A DNA stretch of 54,737 nucleotides, filler included, from Nitrospinae bacterium RIFCSPLOWO2_12_FULL_45_22 (lineage in GTDB: Bacteria > 2-12-FULL-45-22): NCBI GenBank assembly GCA_001803565.1. It is 4 parts of 4 records of this genome, joined end to end, with 100 filler letters (N's around TTAATTAATTAA, not from the genome) between each part and the next. Parts side by side here need not be neighbours in the genome. Positions count along the whole stretch, not along the records: positions 1 to 15,107 come from MHDQ01000315.1; 3 more parts are not named here. One strand, 5' to 3'. The translations under genes and the position numbers were made by a program. This document shows positions 1-9,475 of the stretch, piece after piece (the stretch's first letter is position 1; every line of letters starts with the position of its first letter). Under the pieces are notes generated by a model. That model was given only the letters and a program-made list of their open reading frames with translations, was not told the origin of the DNA and did not search any database.

Positions 1-83
1 CTGATTAATAGCTATAAAAGTACGGGCGATTTTCCCGATATATACGAAAAGACACTTTCAGAAAAGGTACTGGGGCGCAAAGG

Positions 84-857
84 ATGACCAGGATAATCTT
101 AAAAAACAAGCCTCTTGTGGAGGCAATATTTGAGTTACGATGGGAACCACAGAAACAACAGGCAGATATTTATATAGATCCGAACTATAAATTATTAATT
201 GGGAAAATACATGATAAAGTTAGTAGCGAATATCCTTTCCTTGAACAATTACCTACTGCGACAATGCCCGATCAAATTGCAGGATACATCGTTCAATACC
301 GATTCAGAAAAGGCCAGGATAAATGGCCTCTTATTCAAATAGGCCCTGGAATTATTACTTTAAATGAGACTGATGGGTATGAATGGGATGATTTTCGAAG
401 TAGAAGCTCTCATGTGCTTGATACTATTTTTGGTGTATACCCAGATGCAGAAAATAACCTGAAGATAAATACATTAATACTGCGATATATTGATTCTATT
501 GATTTTGATTACGGAAAAAATGATATTTTCAGTTTTCTGAAAGAAAAAATGAAAATGGATGTAGAGCTATATGAAAGATTATTCGAAAATTCTGGAGTTA
601 CTAAGTTGCCTTTGGGATTTGATTTAAGATTTTCTTTCCCTTCTACAAAACCAAAAGGAGCAATGCACCTGCGTTTTGTCCGGGGAAAAAGGAAAGATAT
701 GGACTCTTTACTATGGGAAACACAGGTTCAATCAGTAGGAGATGATGCTCCTAAAGTCAGGGATGAAATTGTTACATGGATAGATGAGGCTCATAACTTA
801 ACAGATGATTGGTTTTTTAAAATAATAGATGGGGAATTACAAAGGAGATTCGAATGA
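84..857 (+). CDS. TIGR04255-family protein (function unknown)
   Basis: N-terminal LKNKPLVEAIFELRW, QYRF..., IQIGPG...NET.Y.W..F and LRYID motifs as recalled for this family; AT-rich. Confidence 0.75.
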   Translation: MTRIILKNKPLVEAIFELRWEPQKQQADIYIDPNYKLLIGKIHDKVSSEYPFLEQLPTATMPDQIAGYIVQYRFRKGQDKWPLIQIGPGIITLNETDGYEWDDFRSRSSHVLDTIFGVYPDAENNLKINTLILRYIDSIDFDYGKNDIFSFLKEKMKMDVELYERLFENSGVTKLPLGFDLRFSFPSTKPKGAMHLRFVRGKRKDMDSLLWETQVQSVGDDAPKVRDEIVTWIDEAHNLTDDWFFKIIDGELQRRFE

Positions 858-1546
858 ACCATTCACTATTGCCGCAAGATGTTACATCCAAAGATTATTT
901 AATTCCGCACGTACCTGCTGGAGCCTCAAATGTGGAATATGAAATGCACGAGGTATGGGAAAATAAGTTATCTAATTTGATCAGACGGGAACAATCAGAG
1001 AAGATTAGTTTAGATCTGATCCGTCTATATCTACCTTGGAAACAAATTTTTGAAGCCGATTCTTCTACGTGCCGACCGCATTTTGAGATAAAGAGGGAAA
1101 CATATCCAATTGAAGAAGTATCAGAGGACAAAAAAGTATTAAACATTACTTCGTATATCCGTGACCAATCAAATATTTGTTTTGCTCACCGACTTGCTAA
1201 TCGCCTTGAGTTCCTGGTTGAAGCTTCTAAGGAAGAGCATCCCGACGAAGTCGCAATCTTACTTGATTCATTAAGGAACTTTGTACGATTTCTTCAATCT
1301 GCGAGCAATCTAAATTATCCTGATGTTGTGCTGTCTCCATCTAAGAACATCCGAGCTCAATGGCGGACTGGGCCTAATCGGCATTTTGCAGCAGAATTCC
1401 TAACCACCGGTGATGCTAATTTTGTAATTTTTTCACCGGATCCAAAGCACCCGGAAAAAACCATAAGATTGTCTGGACTCGTCTCAGTTGATTCTTTAAT
1501 AGATACCGTGGAGCCCCACGGAGTGCTTGCTTGGTCTTCACGATGA
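854..1546 (+). CDS. Hypothetical protein, coupled to both neighbours
   Basis: 230-aa ORF; ATGA overlaps at 854-857 and 1543-1546. Confidence 0.75.
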   Translation: MNHSLLPQDVTSKDYLIPHVPAGASNVEYEMHEVWENKLSNLIRREQSEKISLDLIRLYLPWKQIFEADSSTCRPHFEIKRETYPIEEVSEDKKVLNITSYIRDQSNICFAHRLANRLEFLVEASKEEHPDEVAILLDSLRNFVRFLQSASNLNYPDVVLSPSKNIRAQWRTGPNRHFAAEFLTTGDANFVIFSPDPKHPEKTIRLSGLVSVDSLIDTVEPHGVLAWSSR

Positions 1547-1965
1547 AAGGCGACCTTATACCAGACCGCGATTACATATCCCGGTATTGCTCTGCGATGC
1601 AGTGTACAGAGGAGGGACAAGTCACAGGCGCTGCATTCCAGATCCGCCCGAGCGATAAATATTTATCCGTCAACTGGTTGGAGTTTCTATGCCTTGGAAA
1701 CCGGCAAGAAGAGATCCGAGAAGTTCGTAGAATCCTCAGTTCAAAGCTAACACTGGGCGCTAAAGCAAAAATCGCTGTTTTGAACGTAGGAAATATTCTT
1801 AACTATGTCCGCAGTCAGAGCCCAGATAGCAGAAATCTTAGCGTATTTCATGAGCCAGAAGAAAATGATCCCTCCCATAGCGGCATTTATGGCTTACAAT
1901 CTGAAGATCATCTGATCGCCGATCTGATAGCAGAAATAGTTCAGGAGACCTACCCAGCGCGATAG
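1543..1965 (+). CDS. Hypothetical protein, possible ADP-ribosyltransferase/RES-like fold toxin
   Basis: ATG at 1543 overlaps upstream stop; R..(AF)..LSV..DPSH pattern; fold is inferred. Confidence 0.55.
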   Translation: MKGDLIPDRDYISRYCSAMQCTEEGQVTGAAFQIRPSDKYLSVNWLEFLCLGNRQEEIREVRRILSSKLTLGAKAKIAVLNVGNILNYVRSQSPDSRNLSVFHEPEENDPSHSGIYGLQSEDHLIADLIAEIVQETYPAR

Positions 1966-2218
1966 TCCAATTAAAGTGCAGCCTGGGGGGCATATTATCG
2001 TAGTTCTTTATAGCAATTATTCTAATCAAAGAGTGAAGATTCCCGAAGGTAATCATTACGTGGCTAAGTCTGTTATAAAGTGAAGCTTACTTACGCGAAA
2101 GCTATACTCTATATATGGGGGGTAATAGCGGAAGGGGTTTCTATATGATTATGGACCCTACAGGTATAGTCGTCTGTTCTTATCTTGATTTGTTCATCAG
2201 ACAGCATCGTAAGATACC

Positions 2219-2398
2219 TTAAGGGTATAGCTTTAATCTTTTCCCTTCCCGCCACTGGTGATAATAATATGTGGACTTGCCGATTTTCTTTACTGAGATG
2301 CCCCCACGGGGGAGTTTCTTTATCTCTTCATCTATGCGGGTAAGCTCTCGAATAAAGAAGATATAATTTTCCTGTAGGGTCTTTTTTACCACGCTCAT
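2219..2398 (-). pseudogene. Truncated small basic protein (DUF6788-like)
   Basis: Manual translation MSVVKK...LPRGGISVKKIGKSTYYYHQWREGKRLKLYP*; apparent frameshift after WREGK. Confidence 0.45.
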
Positions 2399-2573
2399 TA
2401 ACTACATTTTAACTACAATTACCACGTTTGTAAATATCTGTAGTTATTCAGCCTTTTTCGATGCGCCAGAATAAGTCCCGATCACCCAAAAAGGCGGCAG
2501 AGAAGAAAAGGAAGAAGCACCCCGGTACACGAAAGCCAGCATTCCTGCCTGTGCCTTGGCAGACAGGAATGGA

Positions 2574-3179
2574 TTAGGCCAGGATATTTTTTAAAGGGAG
2601 GCGGGGTCGTGCCGAAGGGTGCTCATCGGCATAGCCAATAGTAAGCAAGGCATTAAGTATCATATGCTTGGGTAGACCCAGGATCTTCTGGATTACACTC
2701 CCCCTTATCCGGGCTACCCAACAACTCCCTAAACCCAACGCAGTAGCGGTTAGAAGCATATGCTCTATGGCAATTGAGGTATTGAACATCGCCTCAGGAA
2801 TAAATTTCTTTAATACCTCCCAATCCTCAGTATACTCCTCCTGAGGGTATCCTGCTAAGGCCGCAGGCGGTATAGCCCCTGCATCAACCAATTCCTGGAG
2901 TCGCTTATTAGTATCCCTCACAAAGGTTAGGAGATCAGAGCAACAGACAATTACTACCGGAGCTTGTTCGACAAACTTCTGATTGAAAGCCGCTTCCCTC
3001 AGTTTTGCTCTGGTATCGGGATCCGTAACTACACGGAATCTCCAGGGTTGCCTATTTACCCCCGATGGAGCCAACCTGGCTGATTCGAGAATCTGATTGA
3101 TAAGCTCCTCTGGCACTGGATCAGGTTTATACTTCCTGATACTCCTCCGCTTCTCAATGGCTTCTTTTACTGTCATCAT
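2574..3179 (-). CDS. Nitroreductase family protein
   Basis: RRSIRKY, APSGVNRQPW and LGLGSCWV motifs. Confidence 0.92.
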   Translation of the reverse strand: MMTVKEAIEKRRSIRKYKPDPVPEELINQILESARLAPSGVNRQPWRFRVVTDPDTRAKLREAAFNQKFVEQAPVVIVCCSDLLTFVRDTNKRLQELVDAGAIPPAALAGYPQEEYTEDWEVLKKFIPEAMFNTSIAIEHMLLTATALGLGSCWVARIRGSVIQKILGLPKHMILNALLTIGYADEHPSARPRLPLKNILA

Positions 3180-3270
3180 AATAGTTATCTCCTTATCTTG
3201 GGTAACGTCCCAGCTAAAGTAGTGGTGTACAGTTTAGTACATTTGGTGACTGAATGGCTACAAAAACTTT

Positions 3271-3315
3271 ATTTAAAGGACTGAGTAATCACCATTTAAA
3301 GGACTGAGTAATCAC
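3271..3315. repeat. 22-bp tandem duplication ATTTAAAGGACTGAGTAATCAC
   Basis: Identical copies at 3271-3292 and 3294-3315. Confidence 0.9.
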
Positions 3316-4239
3316 TTTCCCTTGATTGTCGAGGACGATTTGCAGGACAAAGGGGCGCCCGTGGTGGAGTCCAAATAGCCGGGTATTGAAGCGTAGATCA
3401 AAATATTCTACTATGTGCCTGTCTTCAGGATTCTCTACTCCATACTCTATTACTGGATAGCGGGCAAACCAGCGGTAAAGCTTCGCAGCATCTAATCTCT
3501 CAGCCGCGGCAATAAACCTATTGCTATTGGGATAAGGAAACCAACGAAAATCAAAATCCGCGTTCTGACCCAAATGGAGCCAGGTCTGATATATGCCGGT
3601 AGGAGTCTTTACCAAGCAGAGCCAGTTATAAGGGGTGAAGGGTTGAGGCAAGGCATCCAACTCCAACACCACTAGCTTCTTCTCCTGGCATATGTTTTTC
3701 AGCTTGTTCAACACCAGTCTATGATGAAAGGCAGCGGCACAAAGGTAGACGAAGAGAAGGAGCAAGGCTAGCCGACAAAATCTTTCTCCTCTTTGGCTTG
3801 TTAAACGGCTATAGATCAAGGGGGCAGCTACTAAAGCAGTAAATACTAGATCAATAATAAAGACATAATCCAGGACATAGCGCTTGTCGGATAAGGGATA
3901 AAAGATCATAGTCCCATAAGAGGTTATGAGGTCCAGTATAATATGGCTGGTCAGGCCTATACTACACAGGAAGGTTAGATACCAGAAGCGCTTTATATGA
4001 CTGAAGCGATAAAACAGGGTCGCTAATAACAAAGCAAATATAGGCAAGGCAACAAGAGAGTGGGTAATACCCCGATGATACAGGATATATGTCTGGAAGC
4101 CAAAAAAGGATAGGACAATGTCACTATCAGGGAATAGGGCGCTTAGCCAGAGGACCCGGGTGGCAGTCTTACCATATACTTGGCCCAGGCCAGCTCTGGC
4201 TATCAAGGCTCCGGTTAAGGCATGGGTGAGGTCATCCAT
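3289..4239 (-). CDS. Membrane-bound metal-dependent hydrolase (YdjM-like)
   Basis: MDxLTH, PDxD, HRGITHS, SHxxLD motifs; hydrophobic segments. Confidence 0.88.
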   Translation of the reverse strand: MDDLTHALTGALIARAGLGQVYGKTATRVLWLSALFPDSDIVLSFFGFQTYILYHRGITHSLVALPIFALLLATLFYRFSHIKRFWYLTFLCSIGLTSHIILDLITSYGTMIFYPLSDKRYVLDYVFIIDLVFTALVAAPLIYSRLTSQRGERFCRLALLLLFVYLCAAAFHHRLVLNKLKNICQEKKLVVLELDALPQPFTPYNWLCLVKTPTGIYQTWLHLGQNADFDFRWFPYPNSNRFIAAAERLDAAKLYRWFARYPVIEYGVENPEDRHIVEYFDLRFNTRLFGLHHGRPFVLQIVLDNQGKVITQSFKW

Positions 4240-5276
4240 CTCTCAAGCCCTCCACCTAACTGGCCACATGCCCCGCATATATCGGCTCCTTTACTCTCTC
4301 TAATCAAGGCTGTAATATTATGGTCCTGGAGCACCCGGTGAAAGGCCTCTACTGCCTCTCCCCGGGGGGCGCGATAGCCAGACCCAGGAAAATAGTTAAC
4401 GGGTATCAGGTTGACTTTACTCCTTAACCCTCTTAACAGGCCAGCTAGCCTATGGGCATCTTGCAAGGAGTCGTTGATACCTTCTATTAATACATACTGT
4501 ATAGTAATCCGTCGCCTCGGGGGCAAAGGATAACTCCTCAGTGTACGAAATAGAAGCTCTATAGGATTGCCTTTATTAACAGGCATAAGCTGCTCCCTTA
4601 TCTGATTAGTGGTGGCATTCAGAGAGATGGCCAGATTTACCGGGAGAGCCTCCTGAGCAAAGGTCTTTAGGGGATTAATAAGACCAACGGTAGATAAGGT
4701 AATCCTGCGGGGGGAAATAGCTAGTCCGTGCGGAGAGGTAATAATCCTTAATGCCTTTACTACATTATCATAATTGTCCAAAGGCTCACCCATCCCCATC
4801 AACACCAGATTAAATCTCTGTTTCTTCAGTTCTAGTAGGTCCTGAACCGCCAGTATCTGGTCTATAATTTCTGAAGCCTGCAAGTTTCTTATTAGCCCCT
4901 TTCTCCCGGTAAGGCAAAAAAGGCACCCTAAGCGACAACCTATCTGGGATGAGAGGCAGAGGGTACCGTGTCCCACCATTTTTATCCATACTGTCTCTAT
5001 TGTATAGCCATCATCTAGGCGGAAAGAAAACTTCTGGGAACCATCCCGGGATATCTTTTGGTCTGCCAATTCCAATCCGCTGATATAATATCTATCTTGC
5101 AATCGTTGCCGTAATTCTTTGGGGAGATTACTCATAAGATTTATATTGGTTACCCGTTTCACATAGAGCCAATCCCAGATTTGCTTTGCCCGATACGGTT
5201 CTTCAGAAAGGGATACCAGAGCGGCTTCTAGCTGCTGAAATTCCATATCTTTAATGTTAAGTTTATTTTTCTCCAT
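4215..5276 (-). CDS. rlmN: 23S rRNA m2A2503/tRNA methyltransferase RlmN
   Basis: SSQIGCRLGCLFC, MGMGEPLDN, C-terminal GACGQL. Confidence 0.95.
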   Translation of the reverse strand: MEKNKLNIKDMEFQQLEAALVSLSEEPYRAKQIWDWLYVKRVTNINLMSNLPKELRQRLQDRYYISGLELADQKISRDGSQKFSFRLDDGYTIETVWIKMVGHGTLCLSSQIGCRLGCLFCLTGRKGLIRNLQASEIIDQILAVQDLLELKKQRFNLVLMGMGEPLDNYDNVVKALRIITSPHGLAISPRRITLSTVGLINPLKTFAQEALPVNLAISLNATTNQIREQLMPVNKGNPIELLFRTLRSYPLPPRRRITIQYVLIEGINDSLQDAHRLAGLLRGLRSKVNLIPVNYFPGSGYRAPRGEAVEAFHRVLQDHNITALIRESKGADICGACGQLGGGLERWMTSPMP

Positions 5277-5288
5277 AGTGAGTTGTTA

Positions 5289-6461
5289 TTAGGCGGCTAA
5301 TAAGAATAGGCATTTCAAATATTCTGTCTCCGGGGCAGCCAGCAAGATCGGATGATCGGGTGACTGGTGGCCGTATGCTACGAGCCTAACAGCCCTCCCA
5401 GCCTTCTTAGCTGCCTTCAGTATAACATCCTGGAGCTGTCTCATGCCGATATGGTAAGAACACGAAGAGGTTACCAATATCCCGCCTGGCTTTAAGAGTT
5501 TTAGGGCTTGATAATTTATTTTTTCATAGCCTTTCAAAGCGGTTGGCAGACTCTTGCGGCTCTCGGCTAAGGAGGGCGGGTCGAGGATTATAGCATCAAA
5601 CCCTTTATTATCGCCGACCAGGTCTTCTATCCCCTGGAAGATATCCGCCCGGTAAAACTGACAGACACCGTCTAGGCCATTCAGCTCAGCATTAATCCTG
5701 GCTAGCTCCAGGGCCCTTTGAGAGCTATCTAGCCCTATAACTCTCCGGGCGCCGGCGGCTGCGGCATGTAGCGCCCAGGCACCAGTATAACAAAAGCAGT
5801 CCAGAACCTCTCCCTGGGATACATACCGCTGGAGCTTAAGGCGGTTTTCGCTCTGGTCGAAAAAGAAACCGGTCTTCTGCCCCTCAAGAATATCTACCTG
5901 GAACCGCAATCCGTCTTCCTGGATAACTATTGGTCCAGAAAGTAGACCCTTCGCTACCTTTTTTTCTAGGGGAAGACCTTCTAATCTCCGAACCGATACA
6001 TCATTCCGCAAGACGATAACCCTGGGAATAAAAACGGACTCCAGGGCGGCCAGGATAACATCTTTCCTTATCTCCATACCTAAGGTATGGAACTGGACTA
6101 CCAGGCAATCATTAAATTTGTCTACTATTAATCCGGGTAATAGATCGCCTTCACTATAGACCACCCGTAAAGAATCACGCCTCGGGTAGACCTTCTGACG
6201 ATATTCCCAGGCCGCTGCAATCCGGCGCATAAAGAAGGCCCCATCAATATCTTCTCGGTACCGGGTAAGGATTCTAACCGCGATAAGGGAGTTGGGATTT
6301 ACATACCCTTTTCCAATGAACCGGCCCTGGGCATCCAGAACCTCTACTATCTCGCCGGGAGAATATTCTTTTAGCCGTCCCTGGACCTCATTGCTAAATA
6401 CCCAGGGATGGCCCTGTTTTATACGCTGGTCGCAGCCGGGTTGTAGATAAACCGAAGACAT
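5289..6461 (-). CDS. RlmI-like class I SAM-dependent rRNA methyltransferase
   Basis: PUA GHPWVF, GQKTGFFFDQ, LDPP motifs; ATG at 6461 chosen over TTG at 6494. Confidence 0.88.
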   Translation of the reverse strand: MSSVYLQPGCDQRIKQGHPWVFSNEVQGRLKEYSPGEIVEVLDAQGRFIGKGYVNPNSLIAVRILTRYREDIDGAFFMRRIAAAWEYRQKVYPRRDSLRVVYSEGDLLPGLIVDKFNDCLVVQFHTLGMEIRKDVILAALESVFIPRVIVLRNDVSVRRLEGLPLEKKVAKGLLSGPIVIQEDGLRFQVDILEGQKTGFFFDQSENRLKLQRYVSQGEVLDCFCYTGAWALHAAAAGARRVIGLDSSQRALELARINAELNGLDGVCQFYRADIFQGIEDLVGDNKGFDAIILDPPSLAESRKSLPTALKGYEKINYQALKLLKPGGILVTSSCSYHIGMRQLQDVILKAAKKAGRAVRLVAYGHQSPDHPILLAAPETEYLKCLFLLAA

Positions 6462-6555
6462 ATTAGGTATCTTCCTTCTTTTTTGATTTGGCAAAAGCCA
6501 ATATTTTCCTTACAATATTGGGAACTATTTATCAAAAGTAAGACTATAAACCCTT

Positions 6556-6728
6556 GTAACTGTTTAGCCAACTAAAGTCTTTGTAGATATTCAGCCACCA
6601 AGGACGCTAAGTTCCACTAGAAAGGGTTCCAGTGGCCAAGGGGTCAAGGATTCTAGAACCCTCGAATCCTTTTTTGCATTGAAAGAAATTTAGTGCCCTT
6701 TCGTGTTACTTCGTGGCTAAAACGTTAC
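6556..6728. mobile_element. MITE-like composite palindrome (GTAAC-TGTTTAGCC terminal repeat family)
   Basis: Begins GTAACTGTTTAGCCAACTAAAGT and ends GGCTAAAACGTTAC; near-identical 5' end at 34575 and 54352. Confidence 0.75.
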
Positions 6729-6750
6729 CTAAGCTAAAATATAATATACC

Positions 6751-7998
6751 ATGGAAAGGACTGACAGCAAGGCCGGTGAGAAGACCCGCACTGCCCAACT
6801 ATCGGCTGAGGAGCAAGATTTTTTTTATCGCTTGCCCCTCGTCCCCCTTGATCCTTATACTAACCTGCGCTATATAGCCGATTTTGTAGCCGCGGTAGAG
6901 AATCTTAAATGCCCCCCGGGTGGCCTGATCCTGGACCTGGGGGCAGGGGCTTGCTGGGTATCAGAATGGTTAGTCAGGTTAGGGTTCCGGACTGTATCCC
7001 TGGATATTTCTTACGGTACCCTGGAGATAGGTAAAAAGCGGTTTTTAGATAGCCATATTCACGGCTCTTTTGTTGCCGGTGATATCGAAGCCCTACCTTT
7101 TATGGCTAATACCTTTGACGGTATTATTTGCCTGGCTACCCTGCATCATGTCCCTGATATCCAGAAAGCCTTAGAAGAATTGCACCGGGTATTAAGGAAT
7201 TCTGGTAGTGTAGTATTAATTGAGCCAGGGGAAGGGCATTCCCAGGCCCCGGCGTCCAGGGTGGCTATGGAGCGGTTCAATATTTTAGAGCAAGATATAT
7301 TAATAGATGATATATATAAAAAAGGACAGGAGGCAGGTTTTAAGCGCTTCTGGGTAGTACCATTTATCTCTCCTGAAATACAGTTGGATAATGAAAGTTG
7401 GCACGCACTGCTAACCTTGCCCTATTCTCCTTCCAGGATATGGGCCTGGGCTAAAAGGCTCTATTACCTGTTCTACTCTTTGCTGCCATTACCCAAAGCC
7501 CGTCCCATTAAGCAAGGCCGGTGGTTGAGGGCCCATTTACTTCATCGGCTTATAATTAATACCAAGACCCATCCTATCCTGGTATTACGCAATGAAGACC
7601 GATGCCTGGATAGTCGAGTACCGGGGGTGTTAAGGGCTGATATCCAACTCATTAGCGCACCAGGTAAAGTGTCTACAGGAGACGATTTCTGCCTTAGGCT
7701 GCGGATAAAAAACACCGGCGATACCCTTTGGCTGAGCCAGAGGAATCCTTACGGCGGATTTGTTACTTTAGGGGGGCAGTTGTGCGATGCCCAGGGGAGG
7801 GTGCTGATTAGAGACTTTGTTAGAATAGACCTACCTAAGGATATAGCGCCTTGTGAAGAAATAACCCTGGATTTCTCTATCAAGGTACCTGGAGAGACCG
7901 GAGTTTATCAATTAAAAATAGATATGGTGGATGAGTTGGTAACCTGGTTTGAGGCGCGAGGCTCCAACCCATTAATAATACCGCTCCAGGTAGAGTAA
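6751..7998 (+). CDS. Class I SAM methyltransferase with C-terminal Ig-like (NBR1-like) domain
   Basis: ILDLGAG motif I, LHHV; C-terminal KNTGDTLW...PG.Y....DMV.E..TWF. Confidence 0.8.
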   Translation: MERTDSKAGEKTRTAQLSAEEQDFFYRLPLVPLDPYTNLRYIADFVAAVENLKCPPGGLILDLGAGACWVSEWLVRLGFRTVSLDISYGTLEIGKKRFLDSHIHGSFVAGDIEALPFMANTFDGIICLATLHHVPDIQKALEELHRVLRNSGSVVLIEPGEGHSQAPASRVAMERFNILEQDILIDDIYKKGQEAGFKRFWVVPFISPEIQLDNESWHALLTLPYSPSRIWAWAKRLYYLFYSLLPLPKARPIKQGRWLRAHLLHRLIINTKTHPILVLRNEDRCLDSRVPGVLRADIQLISAPGKVSTGDDFCLRLRIKNTGDTLWLSQRNPYGGFVTLGGQLCDAQGRVLIRDFVRIDLPKDIAPCEEITLDFSIKVPGETGVYQLKIDMVDELVTWFEARGSNPLIIPLQVE

Positions 7999-8061
7999 AA
8001 AATTGTCCTTTTGCTCCTTGGTTTAGTCTTTCATATAGATTATAATTGTAAGACAATCCGG

Positions 8062-8121
8062 GTAACAGTTTACGGGGTTCAGTTAACAGGGTTCAGAAAA
8101 AGACTTACGGTGAACAATTAC
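8062..8121. repeat. GTAAC-ended dispersed repeat; inverted copy at 14575-14618
   Basis: GTAACAGTTTACGGGGTTCAGTTAACAGGGTTCAG-AAAAAGACTT closely matches the reverse complement of 14575-14618. Confidence 0.8.
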
Positions 8122-8147
8122 AATACTTGTGTTGGCGGGTTGAAGAG

Positions 8148-9470
8148 ATGTTGATCCTAAAGAGTGGCACAAAAGGCTTTCAGGAAAGACTGGGAAAGAT
8201 AGTACGGCGGATGGAGCTAGCCTGGGCCGAAGGGGTGGAACAGACTGTACAAGAGATTATCCAGGCGGTTAAAGCCAGAGGTGATGAGGCATTAATAGAA
8301 TATACCCACAGGTTTGACCATTGCCCCTTAACCAAAGAAGAGCTGCTGGTAAGCAAAAAAGAGATAGCCCAGGCATACCAGGCTGTGGATGATAAGACAT
8401 TAGGGGCATTACAATTAGCCGCCCAGCGGATAAAAGAGTTCCATCTCCAACAAAGATACCAGGCTTCTTCCTGGATAAAGCAAGAGGAGCAAGGGGTCTG
8501 GGCCGGTCAATTAATCCAGCCCTTAAAAAGGGTAGGGGTCTATGTGCCCGGGGGTAAGGCAGCCTATCCTTCATCGGTGCTTATGAATATTATTCCAGCC
8601 AAGGTAGCTGAGGTGGAGGAAATTATTTTGTGTACCCCGCCTAGCCCGGATCATCAGAATAAAATTAATCCCTATGTCATGGTAGCAGCCGATCTAGCGC
8701 AAGCCAACCGCATCTTTAAGCTTGGTGGTGCCCAGGCTATTGCGGCCATGGCCTTTGGCACTGAGACCGTACCTAAGGTGGATAAGGTTGTTGGTCCAGG
8801 TAATATCTATGTTGCAGCCGCCAAAAAAATGGTCTATGGAGAAGTAGGTATTGATCTAATAGCTGGCCCCAGTGAGATAGTTATCCTGGCCGATCAGACG
8901 GCTGACCCAGACCTTATTGCCGCTAATTTACTGGCTCAGGCAGAGCATGATGAGCAGGCCTTAGTGGTATTGATTACGGACGCAGAAGACCTGGCGCAGG
9001 TAGTAGTAGCGAGAATTGAAGCCCAAAAGGCAAGACTGGGGCGACAGGATATTATCTACCACTCATTGAACCGATGGGGAACCGTCTTCCTGACCGATAA
9101 TTTAGAGCAGGCCCTGGACCTGTCAAACCAGATCGGTCCGGAGCACCTCCTCCTTATGGTCAAAGAGCCCTGGGCCATGTTGGCCGGGGTTAAGAATGCT
9201 GGTGCAGTCTTTCTGGGTAATTATGCTCCGGTAGCACTGGGGGACTATCTGGCCGGCCCTAATCATGTGCTCCCTACGGGAAATACAGCCCGTTTCTTTT
9301 CTCCTTTAGGGGTCTATGATTTCATTAAACGGACAAACTTTGTCTATGCCCCCAGCCAGACCAGCCGCAATCTGATAGAGAAAGCTGCGATCTTAGCCCG
9401 GCTGGAAGGGCTCAATGCCCATGCCCATTCCCTTGAGATGGGAAACAAAACTAATAAAGGGGAAGGATAA
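8148..9470 (+). CDS. hisD: Histidinol dehydrogenase
   Basis: YVPGG, GPGNIYV, AGPSE, QAEHD, GPNHVLPT; ATG at 8148. Confidence 0.97.
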   Translation: MLILKSGTKGFQERLGKIVRRMELAWAEGVEQTVQEIIQAVKARGDEALIEYTHRFDHCPLTKEELLVSKKEIAQAYQAVDDKTLGALQLAAQRIKEFHLQQRYQASSWIKQEEQGVWAGQLIQPLKRVGVYVPGGKAAYPSSVLMNIIPAKVAEVEEIILCTPPSPDHQNKINPYVMVAADLAQANRIFKLGGAQAIAAMAFGTETVPKVDKVVGPGNIYVAAAKKMVYGEVGIDLIAGPSEIVILADQTADPDLIAANLLAQAEHDEQALVVLITDAEDLAQVVVARIEAQKARLGRQDIIYHSLNRWGTVFLTDNLEQALDLSNQIGPEHLLLMVKEPWAMLAGVKNAGAVFLGNYAPVALGDYLAGPNHVLPTGNTARFFSPLGVYDFIKRTNFVYAPSQTSRNLIEKAAILARLEGLNAHAHSLEMGNKTNKGEG

Positions 9471-9475
9471 AATAG

